Shown: positions 47,928-57,441 of the stretch, piece after piece
How positions within the stretch are numbered: the first letter of the stretch is position 1
How the letters are laid out: every line of letters starts with the position of its first letter
Assembly: GCA_022709425.1 (NCBI GenBank)
Contig: JAKLIW010000005.1
Coordinates: 1,422-65,421 of the forward strand
Origin: a bacterium
GTDB taxonomy: Bacteria; UBP6; UBA1177; JAKLFG01
Direction of reading: 5' to 3'
DNA: 64,000 bases
Position numbers and translations under genes: made by a program
Notes under the pieces: generated by a model
What the model was told of the DNA's origin: nothing
What the model saw: the letters and a program-made list of their open reading frames with translations, nothing else
The model's database searches: none

Positions 47928-49394
47928 TCATTTCCCGATCGCTGTTTCGAGCTTTGAAATGCCCTGTTCGAGACGGGCCAAACTCTCTTTTCGGCCGAGG
48001 ATGTGCGCTATCTCGATGCCGCCGCCGGGGGTGAATTCCTTGCCCGAGAGCGCCACGCGTAGCGGCCACAGGACGATGGCGTTCTTGACCGCCAGTTTTT
48101 CGACCAGTCCCATCAGCGCCGCATGAAGCGTCGGGTGATCCCAGCCGCTTTCGGGTATTGCATCAAGTGCCTCGCGGGCCGCCTTAAGGCTTGCCAGCGA
48201 CGATTCGAAGGTGGTCTTCGATTTTTTATGGATGAACATCTCGGGGGAGTAGTCGGGGAGCGCGTCGATGAAGTCGAGCTGGGGCGGGATGTCGGAGAGT
48301 TTCTCGGTCCGCTGCTGGAGCACCGCGGCGATGGTGGCAAAGGCGACATCCGCGCGCTTCACCGCCTGTTTGATGAAGGGGAGCGCCTTGGCGGTGAATT
48401 CCTGCGGGGTGAGGGCGCGGATATATTCGCCGTTGAGCCACGCCAGTTTCACCGGGTCGAAGATCGCGGGCGATTTCGATATGCCCGAGATGTCGAACGC
48501 CTCGGCGAGTTCGGCGAGCGTGAATTTCTCACGGTCGGTGCCGGGGTTCCAGCCCAGAAGCGCGAGGTAGTTCATCACCGCCTCGTTGAGGTAGCCCTTA
48601 TCGATGAAGTCCTGATAGCTCGCGTCGCCGTCCCGTTTCGAGAGTTTCCGCTGGGCGTCGCGCATGACCGGCGGGCAGTGGACATACTTCGGGATGTCCC
48701 AGCCGAAGGCCTGATAGAGCAGGTTGTATTTCGGCGACGAGGAGAGGTACTCCATGCCGCGGATGACATGGCTGATACCCATCAAATGATCGTCCACGAC
48801 ATTGGCAAAGTTGTAGGTGGGCAGGCCGTCGGACTTGAGGAGCACATTGTCGTCGAGCGTGTCGTTCTCGACCGTTATCTCGCCGAAGACCTCGTCCTTG
48901 AAGGTCGTCGTGCCGCCGTCGGGTATCCGCTGGCGGATGACCCACGGCTTGCCTGCGGCGATGAGCTTTTCGCGTTCGTCGCGCGGCAGGGTGCGGCAGT
49001 GGCCGTCGTATTTCGGCTGTTTTCCCTCGGCCTCCTGCCGTTTCCGCATGAGGTCGAGCCGTTCCTTGTCGCAGAAGCAGTAATAGGCGTGACCGCCGTC
49101 GACCAGCATATCGGCGTGTTCCCGGTATATCGGTTTGCGTTCGCTCTGGACGTAGGGTCCGCACGGGCCGCCCTTGTCGGGGCCCTCGTCCCACAGGAGT
49201 CCGGTCTGACGCAGGGTGCTGTAGATGATATCGACCGCCCCCGCGACCTCGCGTTCCTGATCGGTGTCCTCGATGCGCAGGATGAAGGTGCCGCCGTGTT
49301 TGCGGGCGAGCAGATAGGCGTAGAGCGCGGTGCGCAGATTGCCGACATGCATGTAGCCGGTCGGGCTCGGGGCGAAACGGGTGCGTACGTTCAT
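47928..49394 (-). CDS. gltX: Glutamate--tRNA ligase GltX
   Basis: HIGH-type motif (PSPTGYMHVGNLRTAL) and KLSKR motif. Class I aaRS. Confidence 0.95.
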   Translation of the reverse strand: MNVRTRFAPSPTGYMHVGNLRTALYAYLLARKHGGTFILRIEDTDQEREVAGAVDIIYSTLRQTGLLWDEGPDKGGPCGPYVQSERKPIYREHADMLVDGGHAYYCFCDKERLDLMRKRQEAEGKQPKYDGHCRTLPRDEREKLIAAGKPWVIRQRIPDGGTTTFKDEVFGEITVENDTLDDNVLLKSDGLPTYNFANVVDDHLMGISHVIRGMEYLSSSPKYNLLYQAFGWDIPKYVHCPPVMRDAQRKLSKRDGDASYQDFIDKGYLNEAVMNYLALLGWNPGTDREKFTLAELAEAFDISGISKSPAIFDPVKLAWLNGEYIRALTPQEFTAKALPFIKQAVKRADVAFATIAAVLQQRTEKLSDIPPQLDFIDALPDYSPEMFIHKKSKTTFESSLASLKAAREALDAIPESGWDHPTLHAALMGLVEKLAVKNAIVLWPLRVALSGKEFTPGGGIEIAHILGRKESLARLEQGISKLETAIGK

Positions 49395-50017
49395 GCATCT
49401 TCTCCGTCGTCGTCGGGGTCATAATACTCAGGTTCCGGTTTGGGGCGCAGGGTCTTTATGGCCAGCAGGATATTGCCGATGAACAGTATGAAAAGCAGGG
49501 CGAATACCACGACCGCCGTCGTGTCTGAGCCCGGGATTTTCCCGCCGCGTATGAACCAGCCCTCTTCAGCCATCGTGATGGCGTAGCGCTTGTCGAAGAA
49601 GTCGCGATTCTTGGCCGCCGCGCCGTTCGTTTTGAAGTTGTAGGCACGACCGGTGACGGTAACATAGACCCCGCCGACATTCTCTTCCTCTTTTTCCGCC
49701 ATCGGTTCGAGTGCGAGGAACTTGGGCGATCCGAGGAAGAAATAGAGCATGTGTTTCTTTTTGGAAAAACCCTCTTCTATAACGCCGCCCTGCAGCGAAC
49801 GGATGCCGCGTATCTTGACATAGTCGCCGTCCTTCAGTTTCGCGAGCGCTTCGTTATTCGGTTCCAGTGCTGTTCCGAGATCGACCGGCGGCTCTTTATG
49901 GAAATAAAAGCGGAAGTCGTCGAAATAGGTGTAGATGCCATAGAGCAGGACCGCCATCGAGATGATGAAGAGGTAGAGATTCTTCGTGCCGAGCACGAAC
50001 CGGATCGGCAGTGCCAT
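49391..50017 (-). CDS. Hypothetical membrane protein (two TM helices, acidic C-tail)
   Basis: TM helices at both ends (LYLFIISMAVLLYGIY; VVVFALLFILFIGNILLAI). Translationally coupled to gltX (ATGA overlap). No family recognised. Confidence 0.5.
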   Translation of the reverse strand: MALPIRFVLGTKNLYLFIISMAVLLYGIYTYFDDFRFYFHKEPPVDLGTALEPNNEALAKLKDGDYVKIRGIRSLQGGVIEEGFSKKKHMLYFFLGSPKFLALEPMAEKEEENVGGVYVTVTGRAYNFKTNGAAAKNRDFFDKRYAITMAEEGWFIRGGKIPGSDTTAVVVFALLFILFIGNILLAIKTLRPKPEPEYYDPDDDGEDA

Positions 50018-50018
50018 G

Positions 50019-50504
50019 TTATCCCTCCCGCTCTATCAGTACGATCGCCTGCGCCGCGATACCCTCGCCGCGCCCGGTGAAACCCAGCTTCTCGCTCGTC
50101 TTTCCCTTGACCATGACGCAGGTCTGGTCGATATTCATGAGTTGCGCGAGCGACACCCGTATCGCTTCCCGGTGCGGCAGTATCTTCGGCTCCTCGCACA
50201 CCAGCACCGCGTCGCAGTTGATGATGCGCCAGCCGGCGGCCGTCAGCCGCCTCATCGCTTCCTCGAAAAGCACCGTACTGCGGATCCCCTTGTAGCGCGG
50301 GTCGCTGTCGGGGAAGAGCTCCCCGATGTCGCCCAGCCCCGCCGCCCCGAGCAGGGCGTCGGTCACCGCGTGGAGCAGTACATCGGCGTCGGAGTGGCCG
50401 AGCAAGCCCCGCCCGTGCGGTATCTTCACCCCGCCGAGGTAGAGATCGCGCCCCTCGGCGAACCGGTGCACATCGAACCCGATACCCGTTCTGAACATGG
50501 TCAC
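50019..50504 (-). CDS. ispF: 2-C-methyl-D-erythritol 2,4-cyclodiphosphate synthase IspF
   Basis: GIGFDVHRF...GHSDADVLLHAVTDALLGA zinc-binding motif set of IspF. Confidence 0.95.
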   Translation of the reverse strand: MTMFRTGIGFDVHRFAEGRDLYLGGVKIPHGRGLLGHSDADVLLHAVTDALLGAAGLGDIGELFPDSDPRYKGIRSTVLFEEAMRRLTAAGWRIINCDAVLVCEEPKILPHREAIRVSLAQLMNIDQTCVMVKGKTSEKLGFTGRGEGIAAQAIVLIEREG

Positions 50505-50508
50505 CTCC

Positions 50509-51417
50509 CTACGCTCCGCCGCCGACCGGCAGGAGGAGCACGATGGAAAGCACGAGGTAGAGCAGGAACACCAGCGCCGCCCGTCGCCCCGGCAGGTCGG
50601 TGACGACCCGTATCCCCTTGACGATAAGGACGCTCCGCCAGATGAAGGCGATAAGCCACCCGACCACCGGTATAGCGTAGAATATGTCGAACGCGGCGGT
50701 GAAGCCGGCGAGCCGGTAGAAATGCTGAAGTTTCGTGTCGGCGCCGAACAGCACCGAAAAGCCGAACAGCATGAACGAGGCGACCACGATATTGACGATG
50801 GGAGAGAGGAGTATTTGGGCCATGATGTCGGCGGTCCCCATCTTCATGAACGATTCGAGGAGCATCGGCGGGATGTATGCCTCGACCAGCGGGCGGTGGT
50901 TATGGACGATCCAGAGCATCCAGAAAAGGTTGAACGCCGCTCCCGCGATGCCGATGAGGATGCCGTAGAAGGGGATGAACTTCCCCGCGGGCACCGCCTT
51001 CATCTCGGTGAAGAACTTCTCGGGGGCGGTGACCAGATCGCGGGTGGTGCCGAATATCGCCTCGATGAAGCCGAGTTCGCCGACCCGGTCCCACGCGACG
51101 CCCAAGGTCCCTTTCACCGTCGCGGCGCGGTCGCTCGTTTGCGCCTGCCGTATCGGGTCGGGTTTCTCGTCGCGCGCCGTGGCTCCTTCGGCCGGCTCCA
51201 CCTCGTCGCTCTCCCACTCGTCGCCCTCTTCGTCCTCGGCGGGCGGTTTGGGCGGGGGCGGGGCGACATGGGCCTCGATGACGCGGTTCTCCTCGTCGCG
51301 CAGGGGGTTGCCGATCTCGATGATGGAGCCGCACTTCTTACAGGCGTGGCGGCCCGGCATCGGGACCGACAGCAGGGTCTGGCATTTGGGGCAGGTGGTG
51401 ATCACCGGTTCCTCCAT
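50509..51417 (-). CDS. Zinc-ribbon + Yip1-family membrane protein
   Basis: N-terminal CPKC...CKKC zinc ribbon and acidic Pro-rich linker. C-terminal five-TM Yip1-like domain. Confidence 0.6.
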   Translation of the reverse strand: MEEPVITTCPKCQTLLSVPMPGRHACKKCGSIIEIGNPLRDEENRVIEAHVAPPPPKPPAEDEEGDEWESDEVEPAEGATARDEKPDPIRQAQTSDRAATVKGTLGVAWDRVGELGFIEAIFGTTRDLVTAPEKFFTEMKAVPAGKFIPFYGILIGIAGAAFNLFWMLWIVHNHRPLVEAYIPPMLLESFMKMGTADIMAQILLSPIVNIVVASFMLFGFSVLFGADTKLQHFYRLAGFTAAFDIFYAIPVVGWLIAFIWRSVLIVKGIRVVTDLPGRRAALVFLLYLVLSIVLLLPVGGGA

Positions 51418-51531
51418 CGTACGGGGTCCCTATACCATAATATATATAAGTACGCAAGGGGGAAAAGAAGTCCGCGCCGCGCAGGGGGCCGATTTCTTTG
51501 CTTCTCCGCCGCGCGGCGGTGTTTCAAGAAA

Positions 51532-52125
51532 TCATTCGGCGGTATGCACCGCGCCCGTTGCCGAGATGCAGAGCCGTCGAAGTCCCGCCGGGATGAGCGT
51601 CGTGTCCTCGGCGATGAGCGCCGCCACGCAGGCGGGGTCGGTGCGGTACTGATACCGGTAGAGCAGAGCGACCGGGACGGCGACCGATATCGGCAACAGA
51701 TCGCCGCGCGCCTTTTCGGGACCTTCGGCGTAGGCGCCGGTCCGTTCCCGTTCCCGCTCCTGCCGCGCCCGGAGCATGTCGAGCACTTTCGCCGTGTCGC
51801 CGCGTAGTTTTTCAGGGAAAGCGGGCGAAGAGAGATAGCTGGCGTAGGTCTTCATCGCGGTGGTCGCCGGCCGTTTCCACGAATAGTTTATCCCGTAGTC
51901 GGTACTGCCCCGCTCTTCGAGGCACATCCGGACGATATCGTCGCCCGAGGGATAGGTGCGGCCGGTATAGTAATAACGGAGTGCGTTGTTGCCGAAGTAG
52001 AGCGGCCGATCATAGCGGACGCCGGTGTCGGTCAGCCAGAAGTGGGTCAGGTAGTGCCATAGAAAAAGGGCGAATACCGCCACGGTAGCGGCTGCAAGCC
52101 CGATGATGATGCGTTTCAGGGTCAC
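51532..52125 (-). CDS. Hypothetical membrane-anchored protein
   Basis: GTG start at 52125 with GGAGAGGA RBS 4 nt upstream. N-terminal signal-anchor TLKRIIIGLAAATVAVFALFLW. The track ORF extends to 52239 without RBS support. Confidence 0.45.
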   Translation of the reverse strand: MTLKRIIIGLAAATVAVFALFLWHYLTHFWLTDTGVRYDRPLYFGNNALRYYYTGRTYPSGDDIVRMCLEERGSTDYGINYSWKRPATTAMKTYASYLSSPAFPEKLRGDTAKVLDMLRARQERERERTGAYAEGPEKARGDLLPISVAVPVALLYRYQYRTDPACVAALIAEDTTLIPAGLRRLCISATGAVHTAE

Positions 52126-52312
52126 CTGTTCCTCTCCGTTCTGCGGAGGCTCTATAGCATAACTTCCTTCCCGATGCAAATCCTCCGATGGCGGCGATGA
52201 TCGGAGATGCCTGCCAGATTTATTTACGATCCGTTTCAAGATATGCTTGCTATTTTTTTATCTTGACGCTACTCTCTGTTGGGGGATGTTCATTTCGAAG
52301 GGGAGAACAACC

Positions 52313-52861
52313 ATGGCGCAACATCTTACCGAAGAGAATTTGGCAGGATATCTGCCGGCTATTTTTCCGGGGGCGGTCTTTGTCCATAACCGAGTGGTCC
52401 CCGAAACCGGAACCCGACTCCGCCCCGCCTATCGTTGTGTGGAGATGCGGTTGGTGGTCGAGTTCGACGGGCCGACCCACTACACCAAACCGTCGGTCAT
52501 CCTCAAGGACGACCAGTATCGGCGCGTGTTCGTCGAGGCGGGCTATGAGGTGGTGCGAATTCCCTATTTCGTTCAGCTCTCGACCGAGGTCATCGCGCGG
52601 CTCTTCGGGACGAGCCGTCAGTTCAAGCAGCGTTATCCGCATGGATTCGTAGGAGAAAAGATCGTTCTGCCGGCCGAATTCTGCTGTCTGGGTGTCGAGC
52701 GGTTCATCGCCGATCTCGATCGGTTCTCGTTCCTCCGCGATGAGATACTACGGTCGCTTGAACAGAAACGGGCGACGTTGCACGACGAACAGTTGGTCTA
52801 TCCGGTCAACAAAAAGATGTTCCTGAAACGACTTGAAAAAGGGTGTTTTTTCGCTTCTTGA
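52313..52861 (+). CDS. DUF559-like endonuclease-fold protein (Vsr/restriction-endonuclease-like)
   Basis: ATG at 52313 with AGGGGAGAA RBS. Motif block RCVEMRLVVEFDGPTHY...DQYR...GYEVVRIPY is characteristic of DUF559. Confidence 0.6.
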   Translation: MAQHLTEENLAGYLPAIFPGAVFVHNRVVPETGTRLRPAYRCVEMRLVVEFDGPTHYTKPSVILKDDQYRRVFVEAGYEVVRIPYFVQLSTEVIARLFGTSRQFKQRYPHGFVGEKIVLPAEFCCLGVERFIADLDRFSFLRDEILRSLEQKRATLHDEQLVYPVNKKMFLKRLEKGCFFAS

Positions 52862-52926
52862 CATTTCTTGCCTGTTCCCCTAGACTGCACACCGGGAGTA
52901 TGATGAACCACGGGGAGGATATCCTG

Positions 52927-54450
52927 ATGAATAAGTTCGGCGTATGGATGCTCTTGACGGCATTCGCGGTGCTTTTTTCCGCTTGCGGCGACGACAAGAA
53001 AACGGCCACCGATGCGGATGGGACACCCGATGAAGCGACGACCGATCAAGCCGTCACCGACGATACGGTCACCGATACCGCCGTTACCGATACCGCCGGT
53101 ACCGATGATGCGGTCGCCGACGAGGCCGTGACCGATGAGGCGGCGACCGACGATATCGTCACCGACGATGCGCAGACCGATGAACAGATCGGTGACGATA
53201 CAACGATCAACACCGACTACGACATCGTCTATCCCGATGATATCGCGATGAGCCCGGTCGATCCCTACGACGGCACCTACGGCTGGGAGATCATGAAAGA
53301 GGGGTATCCGGTGAACGATACCTGGGATGCCCTGTCGTTCGAATGGGACTACTTCATGATCCATAACGAGGATGATTCCTTCAGCGGTTCGGTCGGCTAT
53401 CTGGTCGCCAATCCGCGCGGCAAGCAGATACTCGGCGGCATGCTCGGCAAACTGGTCCCGGGCGGCGGGAACATCGCCATCGCGGGGCAGTTCGACAAGG
53501 ACCTTCCGCCGGTCGCCGACTACGAGAATTTCGATCCCGACAACGGTCACACCACCACCCTCTCGGGAACGGAGCGGTCGCTGTGGGTCGAGAACACCGA
53601 CAAAGGCTACTGGGGCCGGATGACGCCCGATCCGATCGACAATTCGATGTTGCTTGAGGGGAAGACCGGCAACTTCGAATGGGAACTGACGGTTCGTCAG
53701 GATTGGACGGTGCTCACCACCGGCGCCGACACCTTCGTCAAGGTGACCGACGATCAGATAGACACCAAGATCATGGGCATTGCCGCGGTCCAGCAGTGGA
53801 ATGTCCACATGTTCTGGCCGCGCACCAAGATCACCGGCTGGATAAAGGATCTGCGCGACGGCACCGAATATCCGATAGATGCCCACGGCTACCGCGAAAA
53901 TTCGTGGGGTCGCTGGGCCTTCAATCAGGGAGGCTGGGATTTCGGGACCCACTCCGATGCCCGCTCGAAGGTGATGTTCGGTTGGCAGAGCTACCATTTC
54001 AACTCGACGCGGCTCGACTATCTCGATATGGGTTTCATCGACAACGGCGAGTATAAACTGGTCAACTTCCGCGCCGATCAGGGACAACTCGGCTGGAAAC
54101 ACGATCTCTGGTCGTTCGATCCGGTCGCCCGGCAGTGCGTCCCGCGCGACACCACGCTCATCGCCAAGAACGCGAACTACCGCGTCGACACCTACATCAC
54201 CATCGGGCAGGGGCAGGTGGCGATGCTCTCCGAGGCGACCGCCACGGTCAAGAAGTATGTCATCATGATACAGATACCGTGGTTCAAGGGGACCATCACG
54301 CGGCTGTCGGACAACACCGTCATCGCCACCTTCGAAGGGCGCGGCGGCGGCGAGTTCTCGACCGAACGGGCCGCCGAAGGGACCACCACCATGACCGACG
54401 CCGACTGCGCCGCGTGGGGCGCGAAATTCTCGGTACCGTTCCCGCAGTAG
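52927..54450 (+). CDS. Lipoprotein with (V/A)TD(D/E)(T/A)V repeat linker and unknown about 400-aa domain
   Basis: ATG at 52927 (GGGGAGGA RBS). Lipobox LFSAC. Has 15-nt-periodic repeats at 53040-53170 encoding AVTDDTVTDTAVTDTAGTDDAVADEAVTDEAATDDIVTDD. Confidence 0.65.
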   Translation: MNKFGVWMLLTAFAVLFSACGDDKKTATDADGTPDEATTDQAVTDDTVTDTAVTDTAGTDDAVADEAVTDEAATDDIVTDDAQTDEQIGDDTTINTDYDIVYPDDIAMSPVDPYDGTYGWEIMKEGYPVNDTWDALSFEWDYFMIHNEDDSFSGSVGYLVANPRGKQILGGMLGKLVPGGGNIAIAGQFDKDLPPVADYENFDPDNGHTTTLSGTERSLWVENTDKGYWGRMTPDPIDNSMLLEGKTGNFEWELTVRQDWTVLTTGADTFVKVTDDQIDTKIMGIAAVQQWNVHMFWPRTKITGWIKDLRDGTEYPIDAHGYRENSWGRWAFNQGGWDFGTHSDARSKVMFGWQSYHFNSTRLDYLDMGFIDNGEYKLVNFRADQGQLGWKHDLWSFDPVARQCVPRDTTLIAKNANYRVDTYITIGQGQVAMLSEATATVKKYVIMIQIPWFKGTITRLSDNTVIATFEGRGGGEFSTERAAEGTTTMTDADCAAWGAKFSVPFPQ

Positions 54451-54504
54451 TTCCCACCGCCTCCTTCCTTGACAGGACGCCCCTTCGGTAGTAGATTGCC
54501 CCCC

Positions 54505-55296
54505 ATGAAAGGAAGAGCGATCGACATACTCGCGCGATACCGCATCATTATATTCACGGTGGCGGCCGGCGTGCTCGTCGCGGCGGCGTGGCATGCGGTC
54601 CGCGGCGGTACGATATTCAATTTTCATGAGTACTGTCCCCTTTCTCCCGTCTGCATTTTCTTCGCGATGCCCCAGAGCGGTCTTATCTGGCCGTGGGGCC
54701 TCTTTTTCTTCGGAGTGCTCCTCATTACGGCGCTTTTTTTGCGCCGCGCTTTCTGCGGCTGGCTCTGCCCCGTCGGGTTGGCGCAGGATCTACTCTATCT
54801 GCCCCGGCGACTTTTGAAGGCGATACCGGCGCGGCCGGCCACCGCGGGCCGTCGGCGTGCATCGTTCACGGCGCGTGTCATCGTGCTGTTCGGCACGCTT
54901 TTCATCCCGTTCGTCACCGGTTCGATGTTCTTCGCCAGCCTCTGCCCGATGATACGGATCGGCGATGTCATATACCGTACCGATCTGGTGGCGGCGCTCC
55001 TGACGCTCGGCCTGATAACGATCCTCTCGATCATCATGGAGCGTTTCTTCTGCCGGTTCATCTGTCCGCTGGGTCTGCTCTTCGGCTGGACCGGTATCAT
55101 CGGCGCGAAGCTGTTCCCGACCTTTACGATAACCCGTGCCTGCAAGGCGGGCGACAAATGCGGAAAATGCGGCGGAGCCTGCCCGGCGAAGATAGATCTG
55201 TGCGCCGTTACAGATGCGATCAACGATAGCGAATGCATCTTGTGTCTGTCGTGCGTGCGGCAATGCCGTTGCTATATGTTGGAGATCAGGAAATGA
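54505..55296 (+). CDS. Membrane-bound polyferredoxin (NapH/MauN-like 4Fe-4S protein)
   Basis: CxxCP-type motifs inside TM region (FCGWLCPVG, FCRFICPLG). C-terminal CGKCGGACP / CILCLSCVRQC ferredoxin Cys clusters. Start uncertain: no strong RBS. Confidence 0.6.
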   Translation: MKGRAIDILARYRIIIFTVAAGVLVAAAWHAVRGGTIFNFHEYCPLSPVCIFFAMPQSGLIWPWGLFFFGVLLITALFLRRAFCGWLCPVGLAQDLLYLPRRLLKAIPARPATAGRRRASFTARVIVLFGTLFIPFVTGSMFFASLCPMIRIGDVIYRTDLVAALLTLGLITILSIIMERFFCRFICPLGLLFGWTGIIGAKLFPTFTITRACKAGDKCGKCGGACPAKIDLCAVTDAINDSECILCLSCVRQCRCYMLEIRK

Positions 55297-55300
55297 CGAT

Positions 55301-55834
55301 ATGTTGAAACGGGGGAAGCTCATGGCCACCAAAAAAATGAAAAAGGCGCAGAAGAAAAAGCTCGGCCTTCATAAGACCAAGCCGGTGACGCTCTCCCATG
55401 TCGACCCGCGCGGCAAGGCGCGGATGGTCGATGTCGGCGACAAAGAGGTGGTGCGGCGCAGTGCTACGGCGCGCGGGTTCATCCACCTGTCGAAAGAGAC
55501 GGTGACGTTGGTGCGCGAGAACGGTCTCAAAAAAGGAGATGTCCTTTCGGTCGCTCAAGTGGCGGGGATCATGGCGGCGAAATTGACCCCGCAGATAGTG
55601 CCGCTGTGCCATCCGCTCGAATTGACGCAGATACTCGTGACGCCCCAGCTCATGCCAGACGGCGTCGAAGTGACCGCCACGGTACGCTGCGTCGGGCGGA
55701 CCGGCGTCGAGATGGAGGCGCTCACGGCGGTGTCCGGCGCGCTCCTTGCCGTTTACGATATGTGCAAAAAGGTCGATCGCCGCATGGCCTTTGAACGGAT
55801 AGAGCTCGTTGAAAAGACGAAGGAGGCGCTGTGA
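55301..55834 (+). CDS. moaC: Cyclic pyranopterin monophosphate synthase MoaC with Lys-rich N-terminal extension
   Basis: ARMVDVGDK...LCHPLEL...VEMEALTAVSGALLAVYDMCK is MoaC. It is preceded by about 25 extra Lys-rich residues (MATKKMKKAQKKKLGLHKTK). The start could be the ATG at 55322. Confidence 0.8.
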   Translation: MLKRGKLMATKKMKKAQKKKLGLHKTKPVTLSHVDPRGKARMVDVGDKEVVRRSATARGFIHLSKETVTLVRENGLKKGDVLSVAQVAGIMAAKLTPQIVPLCHPLELTQILVTPQLMPDGVEVTATVRCVGRTGVEMEALTAVSGALLAVYDMCKKVDRRMAFERIELVEKTKEAL

Positions 55835-56757
55835 AAGGGCATGTCGTCGGACTACATCTCTCTGAGAAGAAAGGGACCATCAAGACGGCGGTCGGCGCCG
55901 CCGAGTTCACCGCGCTGGGTATCGCGGGCGACGCCCACGCCGGGAACTGGCACCGGCAGGTGAGTCTGCTCGACGCGGAGGCGGCCAATCGTTTCACCGA
56001 GGCGGCCGGTATCGTGGTCGCGCCGGGAGAATTCGCCGAGAATGTCCTGCTGGAAGGGATCGATCTTGCGCAGGCCGCGTTGCTTGACCGTCTTATCATC
56101 GGCCCCGTGGAACTTGAGATAACGCAGATAGGCAAGGAGTGCCACGGCGCCGGGTGCACCGTTTTTCAGCGGGTCGGCGAGTGTCTCATGCCCAAACAGG
56201 GACTGTTCGCCCGGGTCATCACGCCGGGTATCGTGACGGTGGGGGACAAAGCCGAACTCATCCAGCGCACGCTTTCGGTCCATGTGGTGACGCTTTCGGA
56301 TCGCTGTTCGACGGGTGAGCACGAGGACCGCTCCGGTCCCCGCATCGCCGAGATGGTCACAGCCCATTTCGCCGGCACACGCTGGCATCTGGCCGTCGAC
56401 AGGACCGTCATCCCCGATGAACCGGAGATGCTGGAACAGATACTGGAACACGACCGCGACGAGATGACCGATATCGTCATCACGACCGGCGGCACCGGCA
56501 TCGGTCCGCGCGACATCACCCCCGAGGTGGTCATGGGGCTTGCCGATATCGAGATCCCCGGCATCATGGAATACATCCGCATCAAATACGGCGCCGACAA
56601 ACCGGCGGCGCTCTTGTCGCGCAGTATCGCCGTGGTCATGGACAACACGCTCGTCTATGCCCTCCCGGGAAGTCCCCGCGCCGTCGAGGAGTATATGACC
56701 GAGATACTCAAGAGCTTGGAACATACCCTCATGATGCGCCATGGTCTGGGACATTGA
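55831..56757 (+). CDS. MOSC-domain / MogA(MoaB) molybdopterin adenylyltransferase fusion protein
   Basis: N-terminal MOSC-like beta-barrel (about 150 aa, conserved Cys in ECHGAGC). C-terminal MogA/MoaB domain with ITTGGTGIGPRDITPE. Confidence 0.75.
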   Translation: MKGHVVGLHLSEKKGTIKTAVGAAEFTALGIAGDAHAGNWHRQVSLLDAEAANRFTEAAGIVVAPGEFAENVLLEGIDLAQAALLDRLIIGPVELEITQIGKECHGAGCTVFQRVGECLMPKQGLFARVITPGIVTVGDKAELIQRTLSVHVVTLSDRCSTGEHEDRSGPRIAEMVTAHFAGTRWHLAVDRTVIPDEPEMLEQILEHDRDEMTDIVITTGGTGIGPRDITPEVVMGLADIEIPGIMEYIRIKYGADKPAALLSRSIAVVMDNTLVYALPGSPRAVEEYMTEILKSLEHTLMMRHGLGH

Positions 56758-57283
56758 TCTGGGCGACCTTATCCGCCGGCTTATCGGTAAGCCGCGCGTT
56801 CTGAAAACCACCCCTGTGCCGCCCATGCCATCCGACTGGAAATTCACCTACGATGATCTGGTGGCCGAGATGAAGGCGGGGAAACGCGCCTCCGTCGGCC
56901 GCGCCGAGATGGAGTGGGCGAAGGAATACGAACGGAGTCTTATCCCCGCCGATATGCGTTTTCCGCAGAAAAGCGATCTCTACGAATCGCTCGCTGATCA
57001 AACGGTCGAATACATCACCGCGTGGGCGGCGCCCTACAGCGGCGGCGGCACTGGCACGCTTTTCAAAGGGGAGCAGGTGTGGATACATTCCGCGCCGCGT
57101 GATGAGAAGCCCATCGGCGAATATGCCCTGCCGGTCGAATACAGGAAGGTCGAGGAGCGGATGGTCCCCGAGCAGGAACGAACCTCGTCCAAGTACGGCG
57201 GCTTCTATTTCTACTTCACCACCATCGAACTCAACACCAACTTCAAACTCGTCGCCACCGGATTCAAGGGGAAGGGGCGGTAG
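56741..57283 (+). CDS. Hypothetical protein (180 aa)
   Basis: ORF overlaps the previous gene by 17 nt. No family recognised. Normal GC. Confidence 0.35.
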   Translation: MVWDIDLGDLIRRLIGKPRVLKTTPVPPMPSDWKFTYDDLVAEMKAGKRASVGRAEMEWAKEYERSLIPADMRFPQKSDLYESLADQTVEYITAWAAPYSGGGTGTLFKGEQVWIHSAPRDEKPIGEYALPVEYRKVEERMVPEQERTSSKYGGFYFYFTTIELNTNFKLVATGFKGKGR

Positions 57284-57384
57284 ACGGACACCCTCAGTCG
57301 GCTTTGCCGACAGCTCCCTGCGACAAGGAGCCAATATACCGGAAGGATGCGTGCCGCATATATATAATAAGGTATAGCGTTTTC

Positions 57385-57413
57385 TTGAACTGAAACAGGA
57401 TTTGGGATACAGT
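57385..57413 (+). promoter_or_regulatory. Sigma70-like promoter TTGAAC-17-TACAGT upstream of the Sel1-like gene
   Basis: -35 TTGAAC at 57385-57390 and -10 TACAGT at 57408-57413. AAGGAG RBS at 57430. Confidence 0.45.
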
Positions 57414-57441
57414 ACGCCATCTTTGAGGGTAAGGAGTCGCC

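Noticed and set aside
48123-49424. 433-aa plus-strand ORF
   Set aside because: Antisense to gltX, which has unmistakable class I aaRS motifs.
52798-54627. 609-aa minus-strand ORF
   Set aside because: Antisense to the lipoprotein gene 52927..54450 (RBS, lipobox, repeat linker). Product is Gly/Arg/Asp-rich low complexity.
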